From contig NW_024704743.1 of assembly GCF_018977255.1 (NCBI RefSeq), forward strand, positions 63,738,001 through 63,802,000: 64,000 nt of DNA, written 5' to 3'. This document shows positions 63,911 through 64,000 of this stretch, piece after piece. This DNA is from Callorhinchus milii (Eukaryota). How positions within the stretch are numbered: position 1 is the stretch's first letter; every line of letters begins with the position of its first letter. The notes below the pieces were generated by a model. It was not told the origin of the DNA, searched no databases, and worked only from the letters and a program-made list of their open reading frames with translations. The position numbers and the translations under genes were made by a program.

Positions 63911-64000
63911 TTTGGGGAAACTTGCCCAACATTTCGCCCTGCTGGGAATCGAACCCAGGTGTCTCGCTTGCAAGGCGAGTGCTCTACCCACTGAACTACA
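63911..64000 (-). mobile_element. SINE tRNA head, runs off window edge
   Basis: TAGTTCAGTGG box A, GGTTCGATTCCC box B. Confidence 0.85.

Overview
Vertebrate genomic DNA. The repeat content (CR1, L2, Deu-domain SINEs, Penelope-type terminal repeat) suggests a cartilaginous fish; this is an inference. The window is dominated by one minus-strand gene, PTPN3 (PTPH1; FERM-PDZ-tyrosine phosphatase). I traced 21 GT-AG-bounded coding exons plus one candidate 24-nt microexon, from the ATG at 31865 down to 789. They splice into one open frame of 778 codons with the microexon. The rest of the PTP domain lies beyond the left edge. A CpG island at ~58.0-58.6 kb is the likely promoter and non-coding first exon, giving a ~26 kb intron 1. 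Introns hold CR1 and L2 fragments, tRNA-derived SINEs, DNA-transposon remnants and unclassified repeats. Most notable: (1) a minimal type-I hammerhead ribozyme motif inside a Penelope-like inverted repeat, on the sense strand of intron 1 (38678-38714); (2) three SINE forms that appear to record domain shuffling (Deu-type, tRNA+CORE-like+Deu tail, internally deleted form); (3) a frame-preserving microexon; (4) an unexplained, possibly gag-like coding island at 24.4-25.5 kb. Repeat boundaries are approximate. Family assignments rest on recognition of motifs, not on database searches.
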